64,000 bases of DNA from the human T2T-CHM13v2.0 reference genome, Homo sapiens: assembly GCF_009914755.1 (NCBI RefSeq), contig NC_060947.1; one strand, 5' to 3'. Positions 1 through 18,487 of the stretch are shown piece after piece. Numbering within the stretch: position 1 is the first letter of the stretch; each line of letters starts with the position of its first letter. Position numbers and translations under genes: made by a program. The notes beneath the pieces are model-generated. The model had not been told where the DNA came from. It made no database searches and saw nothing but the letters and a program-made list of their open reading frames with translations.

Positions 1-248
1 CAGAGTAAGGGTGCAGAATCCTTCCACATTTGTGAGGGAGGTAGGTTATGTGGGCTGCAGAGAACACCCTATTCAAGACTTGCCTACCTGCAAGGTGATC
101 CTTAGCTCTCACACCCTCCCACCCATCTCTCCCTAGCCTTGTGAGATACTCAAGCCTTGTCATTCAGTTGTGTTTCTTGTGATTCAGGGACTGTAGCTGC
201 AGGGTGCATGGGAATTGGGAAGTGGGTGGTATGTCCTGTTCTAACACC

Positions 249-681
249 TGTTAAAGAAAAAATTATTCAAACACTTGTTAAAATGGATGAAAAGGCAGAC
301 TTTATTCTAAAGGGGCTAACTGCAGTTACGAGAGAGATCCAGCTCAACTCCGAATAAAAATGAAGGAGTTTGTTGCTAAGGAGCAGCGGGAGTTGGGGGG
401 AGGGACAAATGGAAAATTACTAAAATGAAACATTAGAGGTAAGTATCCTGTTAAACAGACTTCACAGGATTTTTGCTGAAGGCAAGCAAAGGTGGTCAGA
501 TACCAGGAGTTGGTGATGAGGAATATAATCAAATAGCAATGGTGGGGGATTTTCACTAAACTTACTAATTAGCATTCTTGCTTCAACTAGACCAAACTGG
601 CCAATGTCAGGGGACTAGTTAGAATGACGGTTCAGAGGAGCCTAACTCAATTTGGTCAAAAAAGAAGAGAGGTCTTTGTCA
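249..681 (-). mobile_element. Solo LTR, MER31/MER67-like (ERV1, MER4 group)
   Basis: TG...CA ends; the reverse complement begins TGACAAAGACCTCTCTT...TTGACCAAA...AGGCTCCTCTGA, as in the recalled MER31 consensus. Confidence 0.65.
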
Positions 682-1106
682 TCTTTCATGAGACAGGAGT
701 GATAAATACATGAAAAACAGTGAAAACATAGGTCATATTAAAGTCATTTATTTATATACCAATATTACAGTATTACAGTACTCTATGCTTGTTTATATAT
801 TTACTTTTACTAGTGAGCTTTATACTTTCACATGCTCTCATTTTGCTATTTACCATCCTTTTTGTTTCAACTTGAAGAATTCACATCAGCATTTCTTCTC
901 AATCAGATCTGGTGGTGATGGCCTCCCTCAGATTTTGTTTGTCTGGGAAAGTCTTTATTTCTCTTTCATTTTTGGAAGACAGTTTTGATTGGTGTAGTTT
1001 TCTAGGTTAGTAGGTTTTTTTTTTTCTTTTTTTTTCCCCAACACTTTGAATATATTATTTCTATCCCTCTGGCCTCCCAAGTTTCTGCTGACAAATTTGC
1101 TGATAG

Positions 1107-1484
<378 letters not shown>

Positions 1485-1984
1485 AATTTTCAAACCTCTT
1501 TGTAATTGACTTTGAAATTTTGATTACACTATGTCTCAGTGAGGACTTCTTTAGATTCTTCTTATTTGGGCCTTTGTGTTTCATGAACCTGGATGTCCAT
1601 TTTTCTTCCAGGTTTGAGAAGTTATCAGCCACTATTTCTTTAAATAACCTTTATAAACCTTTATCTCTTCTCCTTCTGAGATTCCTTTGGTGTGTATGCT
1701 GGTTCACTTGATTGGGTCCTATTAGTCCCACAGGTGTTTTTCACTCTTTTTTATTCTCTTTTTTCTTTTTGCTTCTCTGGCTAGATAATTTCAAATGACT
1801 TGTTTTCAAATTTTCTGATTCTTCTGCTTGATCAAGACTGCTGTTGAAGTTCTATTGAATTATTCAATTTATCATATTCTTCATATCCAAAATTTCTCTT
1901 TGGTTCTTTTTATGATTTTTATCTCTTTCTTGATATTTTCATGTTATTTGTGTATCATTTTATCGATTTTGTCCAGCTGTCTTT

Positions 1985-2282
<298 letters not shown>

Positions 2283-3924
2283 CAGTTGTCTTTTTTTTTT
2301 TTTTTTTTAGCTCACTTAAGATGATTATTTTGCATTCTTTGTCAAGAAATTCATAGGTGTCCATTTATTTGGGGTAAGTTACTGGATATTTCTTTTGTTC
2401 CTTTTATGGTAGGATAGTTCTTTGATTCTTCATGTTCCTTGTACCTTTGCAATGGTGTCTGAGCATTTGAAGAAGTGCATAAAAGAAGTCTTTATGGATT
2501 GGTTTCAGCATGGAAATACCTTCAATAATCAGCCCTGCAAAAGATTCTGGGAGCCTCTCAAACATTTTTTGTGGTTGTGCCCACTTTATTTCTCTGCTTC
2601 CCTCTCGGGGTAAAGGTCTCAGGTTTGGCTTTATTATTTATTTTATTATTATTTTTTAAATTCCTCTCAATCACACACAGCCATGCAGGCCACGATATAC
2701 CTTTCACCCCATTTCTCTAGGGCAGTGCACTGAAATGTCAGGATGCTGAAAGCAAGCTCCACTTCTCTCCCTTCCTCCTGAAGGAGAAGTCTCAGGGTTG
2801 TGTGCCTTTTCTCAATCTCACAAGGCCTCGCAGGCTGTTGAGAGCTATCTGCTCCTTTTCCCTAGTGGAGTTACTGGAATGCTGATAGTCGGGGTGCAAG
2901 TTATACTTCTCTCCCTTCTCCCTGAAAAAAAAAGTCTCAGGATTGTGTACTTTTGTTCAATTCTGCAGTGCCATGCTGGCTGCTGAAAGTCATCTGTCCC
3001 TTTGCCGTAGAGGAGTGGACTGCAATGCCAGGAGGTTGGATGAAGTTCCAGTTTTCTTCCTTCCTTGCGAAGGAGAACTCTTAGAGTTGTACACTTTTTC
3101 TCAGTCCTGAAATACTGTGTAAGCTTCTGAAAACCCCTGACTTTTTTCTTTATTCTTGGCTGCCTGCGGGCATTTTTACTATGCTGGTTGCCTCAGCAGT
3201 CTGAGTGAGGTGAGACAGTAGATCTTTCAGACAGTGCTATGAAAGTGTGGAAATGTCAGGTGCATGCTTCACTCATTCCTTATCCCAAGGGAGAAATGGA
3301 TGAAATGGATCTCTTTCAATGCTGTGTTGTATGCCAGCTTAGGGGAGGGACTGACATAGACAAAGTGAAATTATTGTTCTTTCCCATTTCAAAGTGTTTT
3401 TTTTTTAATCAGTTTTGTGTTCATCTGAGGTGCTACAACATATTAACTGGACTTAAGAGTCTTCATTAAGTTATTTTGGCCCAAATATCATTATTCTATT
3501 GATGTTTCTGTAGGAGGACAAGGATTAGGACTTCCACAATCTTGCTGATGTCATTACTGCAGTGTTACAAATTTTATTGTTGACATAATTCTTCTAAGGA
3601 TTAACCTAATCTGGTATAGCCAGATTCCTTAAATCTGGGACTTTTTCATAGTTTCTGAGTTGAGCAGATATTTCTTGAATGCCTACTATGTGCCAGGTAT
3701 AGTAGGAATGAATTCAGAGAAATGTATCCTTTTACCTCACTTCAGAATCAGATGCACACAGCTCAGCAAAGTATTTATTTAAATGCAGGATACAATTAGT
3801 GTATTAAGGAAGATGACTTTTGTTGGCCATTTGCAATTTATGCCATTAAGAGATTAAATGTGTAAACCAGTAAAGCTGAAAGAAATAACTCAGGTTCTCT
3901 GGCTGAAAGTGATTTCTGTCGGGG

Positions 3925-4540
3925 CAGAAACAGTATTTCTTTGGTGTTTATGATAGGATAATCTAGGCAATGCTGCAATAACAAATAACCACCAACTCTT
4001 AGTTGCTTCTAACAACAATGGTTTATTTATATTGCATTCATGCAAAATGCACAATAGATCCAGGTGACTCTCTAGGGCATCTGTTGTCATGTGATGGCTT
4101 ATTATTGGACTTCTATATTAACACTTGATTCCACAATCTTGTTAGCAGTGGAAAACAGAGTTGGAGAGTCAAGTGCCAGCAACTAAATACAATTATGCTG
4201 AAGTGACACATATCACATCTGCTTACATTTCATTGCCTAAAGAAAGGTACACGATAGTTTGCTGAGAATGATGCTTTCCAGCTTCATCCAGAAATGATGA
4301 GTTAATGGGTGCAGCACACCAACATGGCACATGTATACATATGTAACAGACTTGCACGTTGTGCACATGTACCCTAGAACTTAAAGTATAATAAATAAAT
4401 ATATATATATATATATATTTTAAAAAAAGAAAGAAAGGTACATGGTGATGCCTAATGTCAAGGAGAATGAAAGCACCCTCTTTCCATGTGCTCAAAAGAG
4501 GGAAACCAGATACTGAAGAAGAGCAGTAAATACTACCACA
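3925..4540. mobile_element. MLT1-type MaLR LTR remnant, hosting a small L1 insertion
   Basis: ggataatctaggcaatgctgcaataacaaataacc...ggtttattt motif typical of MLT1 LTRs. Confidence 0.55.
4252..4429 (+). mobile_element. Tiny 5'-inverted L1PA insertion
   Basis: About 39 bp antisense ORF2-end segment, then a sense 3'UTR end and A/AT tail; TSD aaagaaaggtaca at 4239-4251 and 4430-4442. Confidence 0.9.
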
Positions 4541-6574
4541 ATAATTACTTTAATGACAGTAAAAAAAAAAAATCATTGGTCAATAAAAATACCCCCGAAT
4601 ATTTTGCTCCGTTTCACCTTGAGAGATAACTAAGTACTGAGTCTTTGTACATATGGTGTTTTCCTAGCCATCAAATATGTTTCCAAGTCCTGCTGCATCC
4701 TGGAGGACAGGTATAACTGTTAAGCCATGTAGATTTTACTCATTCTCCCAGGCTCAAGTCAAATCTTGCTTTGTCTAATAAAATTTCTCAACCTTCCTGG
4801 TCGACACAGATCTCTAGTCTATCTTCATAACACTTATATCTTCAATATGTAAGGCATAAATAGTAGCACAGTAATACTGTCTGATTTAATCTTGGCAAGT
4901 GCCCATGAGGTAAACATGATCACCACCATTTTGCGGATGGGGAAATAGAGGCTCCATATGCTCTCTCACAGCTTCTAGACAGCAGACCTGAACTAAAAAT
5001 CTTCTCTAAATAGCAAGCACAATTTGGTGCTTAGGTTGCTTTTAAAATGTTGGACACATTTAACTATTGATTCCCAAACCAGTTGGTATAAAACTTTTTA
5101 ACAGAAATGGTCAGCTCCCCACCCAAATCCTCTCAGAATGCATCTGGTACCCACAAATGGTGTATTACTACAAGCCTCTGCAATTCTTCACCTGAGGTTT
5201 TCTCTCAGTCCTCTAGATGGCTTCTGTATTGACCTCCTTCCCTTTCCTGTCTCAAGTTCCTATTCTTCTATATGTGTATCCTAATATCACTGCCTAAATA
5301 AACCATCTGTACTCAAATCATAATGTCAAAATCTGCTACTGAGGAGACAACCCAGACTAAGGGTGAATTTGGCTTGAGGCAGATACAAAGGTATGGATGT
5401 TGTTCTAATGTTTCTCCCCCAAAAGTGCCAAGTTCAATACTGCTGTCATCACACAAGTTCAATATCATCTATAGATTCACTGAAATGGGAAACTGAATCA
5501 TTTTGGCTTTGGGCATACGCTGTAAAATAGAACGTAACTCACAATTTCAGTCTTGTGTGAAATAAGAATTATGAGGTCTTTAGGATAAATCCTATCACAT
5601 AAGTTTAATGGATATAGAAAACATCAACATGCAATGCAATTTTGTTTCTGTAGGGATTTTTGAGAGGCTGGAAAGTCTCTTCTCTGAGTCCAAATTCATA
5701 TTCTGCATTACAAAAAGGCAGAAACATGTTTCACTTGTCCCATACCATCAGGGTTAGGTAAAGGGTTTCTTTATGAACACAGACACTTACCTGAACCAAA
5801 ACAAAGATGTCTAGAAACTCTGACATTGGTGAATAAAACATGCCCTTAGTTCTAAAAACAACTCTTAAGCTTCAAAGGAGATCGTGATTCAGAAACAGAA
5901 TGATATAAAATGTGTTCTAGTTTCTGGCCATAAGTGAAAAATTAAAAGCAACACTATGTATTTCCCACAGCAACTGGAAACTCTGATCCAGAATCCTTTC
6001 TTTTCCATGATCCTTTCTTTTCCTTGAATAAACATCCACACCTCCCAAAAAAGAAGAATAAATATAAAATTTCAGAAAGGACAAAGCAACTTCTCTCACC
6101 CTCAAAGTTCATATCAAACAAAATATTAAAATGCAAGATTTGAGCTTCTGGGTGTGAATTTTGTTAAAAGTGCAGGAAATTAACAGTGCAAGATAAAGAG
6201 TGCACTTTCTTTAGCAGTGCTTTCAATATGGAAAGGCAAGCATATGTGCACACACACATACAAACACACACACCCCTACATATTTGGCATGGCTTTTTGG
6301 CTTTAACAACTCAAATAGGGAAAAATGGGAAAATTGATATTACAGAGATGGGTGATTTCTCCTTGCCAAAAAGCCTTTCTTAAAAAGGTTTTAAATCCAT
6401 CGTAAACTTCAGGCCCTGATTCAAGCCAGAAAGTCTGTAAGAGAGTCTGCTTTTATTCATTCCCTTTTTACCATGTTGAATTTTCATTATAATTGCACAT
6501 CTACTCAGGACCCAAAACTCCCCATTGCAACCAACAGTAATGTATTGGTTAAAGTCAGTCTGCTATCTTAGCCA

Positions 6575-6900
6575 AATCAATTTAACAAACATTTACTGAG
6601 TGTGTACTATATGTAGGACACTGTGCAATGTGGTGTGCAAAACTTAAAGAAGATAGGATTTTCCTCAACCTATAGTTCTCACTGTCTAACATTAGTTGCT
6701 GAGAAGACTCATCTCCAGATGCCTGGTAGGGCTAGTCAGTGCTTTAGATCAGAGTTCAGAACAAGAGAAGGGCACACTCTTCCAGCTTCAGTCATAAAGA
6801 GCTTTTGGAAAAAGATGAGAATTGCACTGCGCTTCCATCAATGCGTCTGGCCCTTGTTAGGGAGAGGGAAAGGAAATGGACAGCCTATTATCAGGAAAGT
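6575..6900 (-). mobile_element. L2 fragment
   Basis: tttaacaaacatttactgagtgtgtactatatgtaggacactgtg, the L2 3'-end signature. Confidence 0.55.
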
Positions 6901-9446
6901 ATGGAAAAAGGCACTGAGATGGTAAACTAAAAGTTGGCCCGGGGAGTAGAAGAGATTTGTGATGATTTTTTTTTTAATCTTCCTCTTCCCCTTCCATAAT
7001 CAAAATCTCTGGAGATGTAGAGGGATTTCAGGAATTTGTTTTCATACCATTAATATCAATTCAAAATAAATTTGGTGAACCTTTTCCATACACTATTATG
7101 TCTTTGTTCTTACTGATATCTCTTTCCAGAAAGCCTTTTTCATTCCATGTTTTCCACCCAAGATAGGTAGATGAGTCCTCTACTATTCTTGTGTGGTGGA
7201 AGATATGGGGAGATATCAGAGCTGGGCTATAAAGGAATGCTGGAGGCTCTAGAAAATGGCAGACTTAGAGGGAAGAATCACAGGTTTGCACTTGGAGTTT
7301 TGATCATTTGAGTTGACATTGCTATGCAAGTATAAACTAGGGGGTAAACCAACAACAAAATAAAATTTTCTAGGTCCAGAATACGATGTAGCATCTATAT
7401 TACATGCGTTATATGGCTCCACATCAAAATGATTTTAAAAAAAAACCCTGCTACTTCCTTAATGCCTGGAACATTGCAGGCATTCGATATATTTTTTAAT
7501 TGAAGAATGAATTCAAAATCAAGGACATGCTGTTTTTGAAGTCATTGCTGTATCTAGCATTATGCTGGTCTGCAATAGACAGGCCATTTGAATAATGTCT
7601 TACATTTAATTTCCACAAATGCTTTTGGATACCTCTGTGTATCAGACAATATTGGGAGGTTTAGAGACCTAGAGATGACTAGGTAATTGGCCTCCCTTCA
7701 AGGACCCAACAATCCAATGGAGGAGAAAGACAGGTATAGTGATATAAGGTATAATGAGATTTCTGCTAAACAGAACTCAAAGAAAGTACTCTGAGTACTG
7801 AGGGAGGGTGATTTCTTGTTGGGAAAAATAAAGAACTGAGTAGTAGTCTTTTCATGTCAGTGTGAATTTGAGATGCATAGAAACTAGTGTTTCTCTATCC
7901 TTGGTAGAGTCTAACCTTTTAGGCCCCTTGTGACTCAGAGAGAGCCTATGCTTTCTACTTCTGCAGATACTAGTATGAATTTGTAGAGAAATACAAGTAG
8001 GACTCTTTGTTTGATCTAATTTTGGGAAAGAGAAGGGCTATGACACTCCCAATTGTGGCTGTGGAAAATAGAAGCAAGCAAGAGGAAGCCACTCTCTGAT
8101 CAAAATCCCAATAGGAGTGTGGCACTGAATATGGGGCCTGTGGCTGGTTGTGGGAGAGATGGCAAAAATAAAGAGAAGTACTACAGTGATTAATAGAAAA
8201 AAGGAGTTAAAGGAGATAAGATATTCCTGAGATTAATTTAGCTTGAACTATTTTCCTATACTATTTATTATTTGGCTTCAGTTCCATCACCAAACTTGAG
8301 CCTATGAGGAGAAGTGTGCCAACTGCAGGGTATCTCACCTACAGAATGAGGGGGTAGATAAGCTGATCTCTTTAATGTATTCAGTCTCCAATATATTATG
8401 GTCCTGTGACATAACTTTTGAGTTTTCCAGAGCCTACCAGGAGAGTAAGAAATAATGCTGACTGGCCTTTGGATTGTAAAGAAAAGACAAAGCAATAACC
8501 TGGTCACCTAGCAACCTTGAGAGGGCCATGGGAAAGAAAGGGGTAATTAGGAGTTACAAAACATCTGCAAAATCTTAGTTCATGTCTTCAGAGCAGCCTA
8601 AGCCCTGGAGACCAATAGTGCAGACAGGAAATCAATTTTAAATACCTTTGCACATCAACTCTTGAAAGTTCACTATCAACTTCTGAAAATGATTCTCTAC
8701 AAAAGGCAGCTAAATCTTGGGCAACCTTCACGTAGCTTGGTGACACAGAGGCTGAAGGATCCTCAAGGGACCCATGTACGTCAAAGCATAGGAGCTATAG
8801 AAGATTTTTACAGTGTGGCATTGTGGCTCTATGAGGGGTCCCTAACCCTCAATTTGCATACAATAACCACTTCAGCTACATCCTTTGTGAGAGGTACTCA
8901 TTTGCTGGAGAACTATTAAGTCAGCTTGGTGAAAGTTAAGATCAGATCTGTAGGGAAGAAAGTTGAAAAGGCAATGGAGAATAAGGAAAAGGTTGAATTA
9001 GTAAGATGGTTCATATTAGATGCCTCCCTCATTCCTCCAGGAATACAGATTTTTATCCCAAGCAGCTGGTAGACTGCAGCAGAGAGGCACAGGAGGATAT
9101 TCCTCTGTGCTATAGATCTGACACTGGGCACACACTCTTGTCACTAGGTCCTGATATCCCCATCAGGCTAAGTTTGGCCACTAGATGTTAAACAGGTTTT
9201 GTGTATTTGCATGTCTATATCCATGTAGGTGTGAGCTGTTGTGCTTGGGAGAGCACGTGTGAATGTGTGTGAAACAAAATAGGAAAATAATTGACGCTTA
9301 AGGAGTCTCCCTGAGATTAATTTGGCTTTAAATCTTCCAAATCCTGAAGCCAAACTTCATGCTAAAGTGTCCCATATGCATTCTAAGCTTATTGCTTAGC
9401 AGATTGTCTCAGAGTAATATATACATATTTATTATATATAATTAAT

Positions 9447-9969
9447 CATATATCGATGTATGTTATACATTGCATATAAATCATATATCGATGTGTTATA
9501 CATTGCATATAAATCATATATCGATGTATGTTATACGTTGCATATAAATCATATATCGATGTATGTTATACGTTGCATATAAATCATATATCGATGTATG
9601 TTATACGTTGCATATAAATCATATATCGATGTATGTTATACGTTGCATATAAATCATATATCGATGTATGTTATACGTTGCATATAAATCATATATCGAT
9701 GTATGTTATACGTTGCATATAAATCATATATCGATGTATGTTATACGTTGCATATAAATCATATATCGATGTATGTTATACGTTGCATATAAATCATATA
9801 TCGATGTATGTTATACGTTGCATATAAATCATATATCGATGTATGTTATACGTTGCATATAAATCATATATCGATGTATGTTATACGTTGCATATAAATC
9901 ATATATCGATGTATGTTATACGTTGCATATAAATCATATATCGATGTATGTTATACGTTGCATATAAAT
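9447..9969. repeat. Minisatellite, 35-bp unit CATATATCGATGTATGTTATACGTTGCATATAAAT, 15 copies
   Basis: 13 identical units at 9515-9969, preceded by two variant units (one with a 2-bp deletion). Confidence 0.98.
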
Positions 9970-10620
9970 CATATATTATATAATATATAATATAATATAT
10001 AATGTATATTATAATATATATTATATATCATATATATTATATATGATATATAATATATATCATATATAATATATATGATATATATTATATATCATATATA
10101 ATATATATGATATATAATATATATCATATATAATATATATGATATATATTATATTATATATATTTTCATATAATATATTAATATATACTAATATATTAAT
10201 ATAAATAATATATACTAATATATTAATATAAATAATATATACTAATATATTAATATAAATAATATATACTAATATATTAATATAAATAATATATACTAAT
10301 ATATTAATATAAATAATATATACTAATATATTAATATAAATAATATATACTAATATATTAATATAAATAATATATACTAATATATTAATATAAATAATAT
10401 ATACTAATATATTAATATAAATAATATATACTAATATATTAATATAAATAATATGTTAATATATACTAATATATTAATATAAATAATATATTAATATATA
10501 CTAATATATTTTTATATATTATAATATATTATATATTTATAATATATAATATATTATAATATATAAAAATATATATATTATATATTATATAAAAATATAT
10601 ATTTTTATATATATATGTAT
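9970..10620. repeat. AT-rich compound tandem repeat (32-bp palindromic units, then 27-bp units)
   Basis: Period 32 at about 10020-10150 (ATCA at 10027, 10059, 10091, 10123); period 27 TAATATATTAATATAAATAATATATAC at about 10170-10510. Confidence 0.95.
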
Positions 10621-10869
10621 GTATGTATAACCTAATACTTGGCTGTTATCAGCTAAAGAACCACTGACTGTTGCCATGGTACATGTATCATCCAGTTGCC
10701 TGGCATCATATATATTCCAAATATTCACATTTGATTGAAAACACAGAAAAAGCTGTCTCATACTTCAGAAAGAAGGGTGGGAAAGCTGACTTTCTAGTCA
10801 TCTTCTCCTCAAATCTATGTGTTTCTGCATCCCAAAATACTTACTGGTATCGTTCCCTGCAATAGCAAA

Positions 10870-11026
10870 GGAGACTATATGGCAGAGTGTGCTTGTTAAG
10901 ATTAAATGGCATGGAAATAAGGTTTGCTTACATACCAGTTTATGTCTACTGTCTTGACTTGATTAATAGTGCCCCCTTTCACTCCCCAAATTATCAGAGT
11001 TTGAACTATGCATAATACGGTTACCT
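10870..11026. mobile_element. MER94-like hAT remnant
   Basis: attaatagtgccccctttcactc...ggttacct resembles the recalled MER94 consensus. Confidence 0.5.
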
Positions 11027-11340
11027 GAGATAAAAGGATTTGTTGAATCAACTGTTTTGGGGTTGTTCTAACTTAATTAATGTTTGGATTTCCGTCTGTG
11101 TATCCACTACTAGACATTTTCCTTTTTTATATATATTATACATTAAGTTCTGGGATACATGTGCAGAATGTGCAGGCTTGTTACATAGGCATACATGTGC
11201 CATGTTGCTTTGCTGCACCCATCAACCCATCATCTACATTAGGTATTTCTCCTAATGCTATCCCTCCCCTTGCCCCCCTCATGCTCCCACAGACCGCGGT
11301 GTGTGATGTTCCCCTCCCTGTGTCCATGTGTTCTCATTGT

Positions 11341-15139
<3,799 letters not shown>

Positions 15140-15202
15140 TATGATGCTAGCTGGTTATTTTGCCCATTAGTTGATGCAGTTTATTCATAGTGTCGGTGGT
15201 CT

Positions 15203-16222
15203 TTACAATTTGGTATGTTGTTGCAGTGCCTGGTACTGGTTTTTCCTTTCCATATTTAGTGCTTCCTTCAGGAGCTCTTGTAAGGCAGGCCTGGTGGTGA
15301 CAAAATCTCTCAGCATTTGCTTGTCTGTAAAAGATTTTATTTCTCCTTTGATTATGAAGCTTAGTTTGGCTGGATATGAAATTCTGGGTTGAAAATTCTT
15401 TTCTTTAAGAATGTTGAATATTGGCACCCACTCTCTTCTGGCTTGTAGGGTTTCTGCAAAGGTCTGCTGTTAGTCTGATGGGCTTCCCTTTGTGGGTAAC
15501 CCAACCTTTCTCTCTCACTGCCTTTAACATTTCTTCCTTCATTTCAACCTTGGTGGATCTGTCGATTATGTGTCCTTGAGTTGCTCTTCTCAAGGAGTGT
15601 CTTTGTGATGTTCTCTGTATTTCCTGAGTTTGAATGTTGGCCTGTTTTGCTAGGTTGGGGAAGTTCTCCTGGATAATATCCTGAAGAGTGTTTTCTAACT
15701 TGGTTCCATTCTCCAAGTCACTTTCATGTATACCAATCAAACATAGGTTTGATATTTTCACATAGTCCCATATTTCTTAGAGGCTTTGTTTCTTTTCATT
15801 CTTTTTACTCTAATCTTGTCTGCATGTTGTATTTCATTAAGTTTATCTTCAATCTCTGATATTTTTTCTTCTGCTTGATCAATTTGGCTATTGATACTTG
15901 TGTATGCTTCACTCAGTTCTCGTGCTGTGTTTTTCAGCTTCATCAGGTCATTTATGTTCTTCTCTAAACTGGTTATTCTAGTTAGCAATTCCTCTAACCT
16001 TTTTTCAAGGTTCTTAGCTTTTTTGCATTGGGTTAGAACATGCTCCTGTAGCTTGAGGGAGTTTATTATTACCCACCATCTGAAGCCTACTTGTGTCAAT
16101 TCATCAAACTCAATCTCTCTCCAGTTTTGTTCCCTTGCTAGTGAGGAGTTGTGATTCTTTGGAAGAGAAAAGGCATTCTTGTTTTTGGATTTTTCAGCCT
16201 TTTTGTGCTGGGTTTTCCTCAC
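15203..16222 (-). pseudogene. L1 ORF1 (RNA-binding protein), frameshifted
   Basis: Fragments with coiled-coil, LENTLQDIIQENFPNLA and NFQPRISYPAKLSF. Confidence 0.92.
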
Positions 16223-16940
16223 CTTCGTGGATGTATCTACTTTTGGTCTTTGATGTTGATGACCTTCAGATGGGGCTTTTGTGTGAACGTCCTTTTTGTT
16301 GATGTTGATGCTATTCCTTTCTGTTTGTTAGTTTTCCTTCTAACAGTCAAGTCCCTCTGCTGCAGGTCTGCTGGACTTTGCTGGAGGTCCACTCCAGACC
16401 CTGTTTTCCTGGGTAGCTCCAGCAGAGGCTGCAGAACTGAAAAGATTGCTGCCTGTTCCTGCCCCTGGAAGCTTCATCCCAGAGGGGCACCCGCCAGATG
16501 CCAGCTGGAGCTCTCCTGTATGAGGTATCTGTTGACCCCTGCTGGGAGGTGTCTCCCAGTCGGGAGGCACAGGGGTCAGCGACCCACTTGAGGAGGCAGT
16601 CTGTCCCTTGGCAGAGCTTGAGCGCTGTGATGGGAGATTCGCTGGTCTCCTCAGAGCCAGCAGGCAGGAACATTGAAGTCTGCTGACTTCAATGTGGGCT
16701 GTGCCCACAGCCACCCCTTCCCCCAGGTGCCCTGTCCCAGGGAGACTGGAGTTTTATCTATAAGCCCCTGACTGGGGCTGCTGCCTTTCTTTCAGAGATG
16801 CCCTGCCCAGAGAGGAGGAATCTAGAGAGGCAGTCTGGCTACAGCAGCTTTGCTGAGCTGTTGTGGGCTCTGCCCAGTTCGAACTTCCCAGTGGCTTTGT
16901 TTACACTGTGAGGGGAAAACTGCCTACTCAAGCCTCAGTA

Positions 16941-17069
16941 ATGGCAGACGCCCCTCCCCCCACCAAGCTCGAGCATTCCAGGTTGACCTCAGACTGCTCT
17001 GCTAGCAGTGACAATTTCAAGCCAGTGGATCTTAGCTTGCTGGGCTCCATGGGGGGTGGGATCTGCTGA
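16941..17069 (+). other. ORF0-like antisense ORF in the L1 5'UTR (42 aa, MADAPPPTKL...)
   Basis: Position and N-terminus match primate L1 ORF0 (MAGAPPPAS...), with a good Kozak context gtaATGG; it stops early. Confidence 0.6.
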
Positions 17070-18329
17070 GCAAGACCACTTCACTTGACTCCCTGGCTTT
17101 AGCCCCCTTTCCAGGGAAGTGAATGGTTGTGTCTTGCTGGCATTCCAGGTGCCACTGGGGTACGGGGAAAAAAAAAAAAAAAAACTCCTGCAGCTAGCTC
17201 GTGTCTGACCAAATGGCCACCCAGTTTTGTGCTTCAAACCCAGGGGCCTTGTGGTATAGGCACCTGAGGGAACCTCCTGGTCTGTGGGTTGCGAAGACCG
17301 GGGGAAAAGTGTAGAATCTGGGCCAGATAGCACTGTCCCTCACTGCATGGTCCCTCATGGCATGGTCCTTCACTGCTTCCCTTGGCTAGGGGAGGGAATT
17401 CCCCACCCCCTTGTACTTCCTAGGTGAGGTGACACCCCTCCCTGCTTCTGCTCACCCTCCGTGGGCTGCACCCACTGTCTAACCAGTCCCAGTGAGATGA
17501 ACCGGGTACCTTAGTTGGAAATGCAGAAATCACCTGCCTTCTGCATTGGTCTCACTGGGAGCTGCAGACCAGAGCTGTTCCTGTTCGGCCATCTTGCCCC
17601 TCAACCATGACTAGACATTTTCAAGCCCAGTTGCTTCAAATGAAAGTGAGTGATAATTTTTCAGTATACAAAACTGCATTAAATGTCTTCAGGACACCTC
17701 TACAATTTGGAACCTCTCCTGTAGTAGAATATTATTTGCAGCATCCAATTAAGCATGCTTTGCACATGGCCCTGGAAGCCAGGGTGTGTCCCAAAATGAC
17801 ATCATCCTGCACCCTTACAGTACATTGACAACCTTTAGCCATTACACTTGAAAATTGAAATCAATTTCCCTTTCCAAACTGTGCCTTCAGGGCCAGGTGT
17901 TTGTAAGGTTATTTTGGAAGTAAAAGTGTCTCCACAGTTCAATGGAGCTGATGAACTAGGATGTAGAAAACCATCCCACTGACAAGCCTATGCACTTGAG
18001 GCTGAAATGAGAGAGTTTCTGTTAGTGAATGGGTTATAGGCTGGCATTCAGATCTACTTATAAGGCCGTCCTGTGCATGCTGGAGGCAACATCCACACAT
18101 TTTCCTCTTAAGTACCTTGCACCCCTCAGGGCATGGGTGAAATACAGTTGCTTTAATTACCTTGATGGCTTCAGAATATTACTCTTAAATGACTAGCAGT
18201 TAACTCCTGGGTACATAAAAGATCCTCTCAAGCATTTCCTGGAGACACTAAGCTGCTCTGGAAATAGGAAGCAGAAAGATCAAAGAGGACTCAGGTGTCT
18301 GAAATGGAGGAAAAAAACAATTAGAGCAA

Positions 18330-18487
18330 GGGTTCTTTAACATCAGTGTGATAAATCTGCAGATTGCGAGGCTCAATGTTTAGGAGATTTCAGTTCCATA
18401 AGTTTGAGATGGAACATAGGAATCTGCATTTTAACAATAATTGTAGGTGATCCTGATGCAGTGGTTTCATGACCACTCTTTGAGAAG
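18330..18487. mobile_element. MER5A-type hAT-Charlie MITE
   Basis: aggaatctgcattttaacaa...aggtgatcctgatgca...ctttgagaa. Confidence 0.65.

Noticed and set aside
9447-9969. Regular 35-bp repeats superficially resembling a CRISPR array
   Set aside because: Units are head-to-tail with no unique spacers, there are no cas genes, and the context is primate DNA
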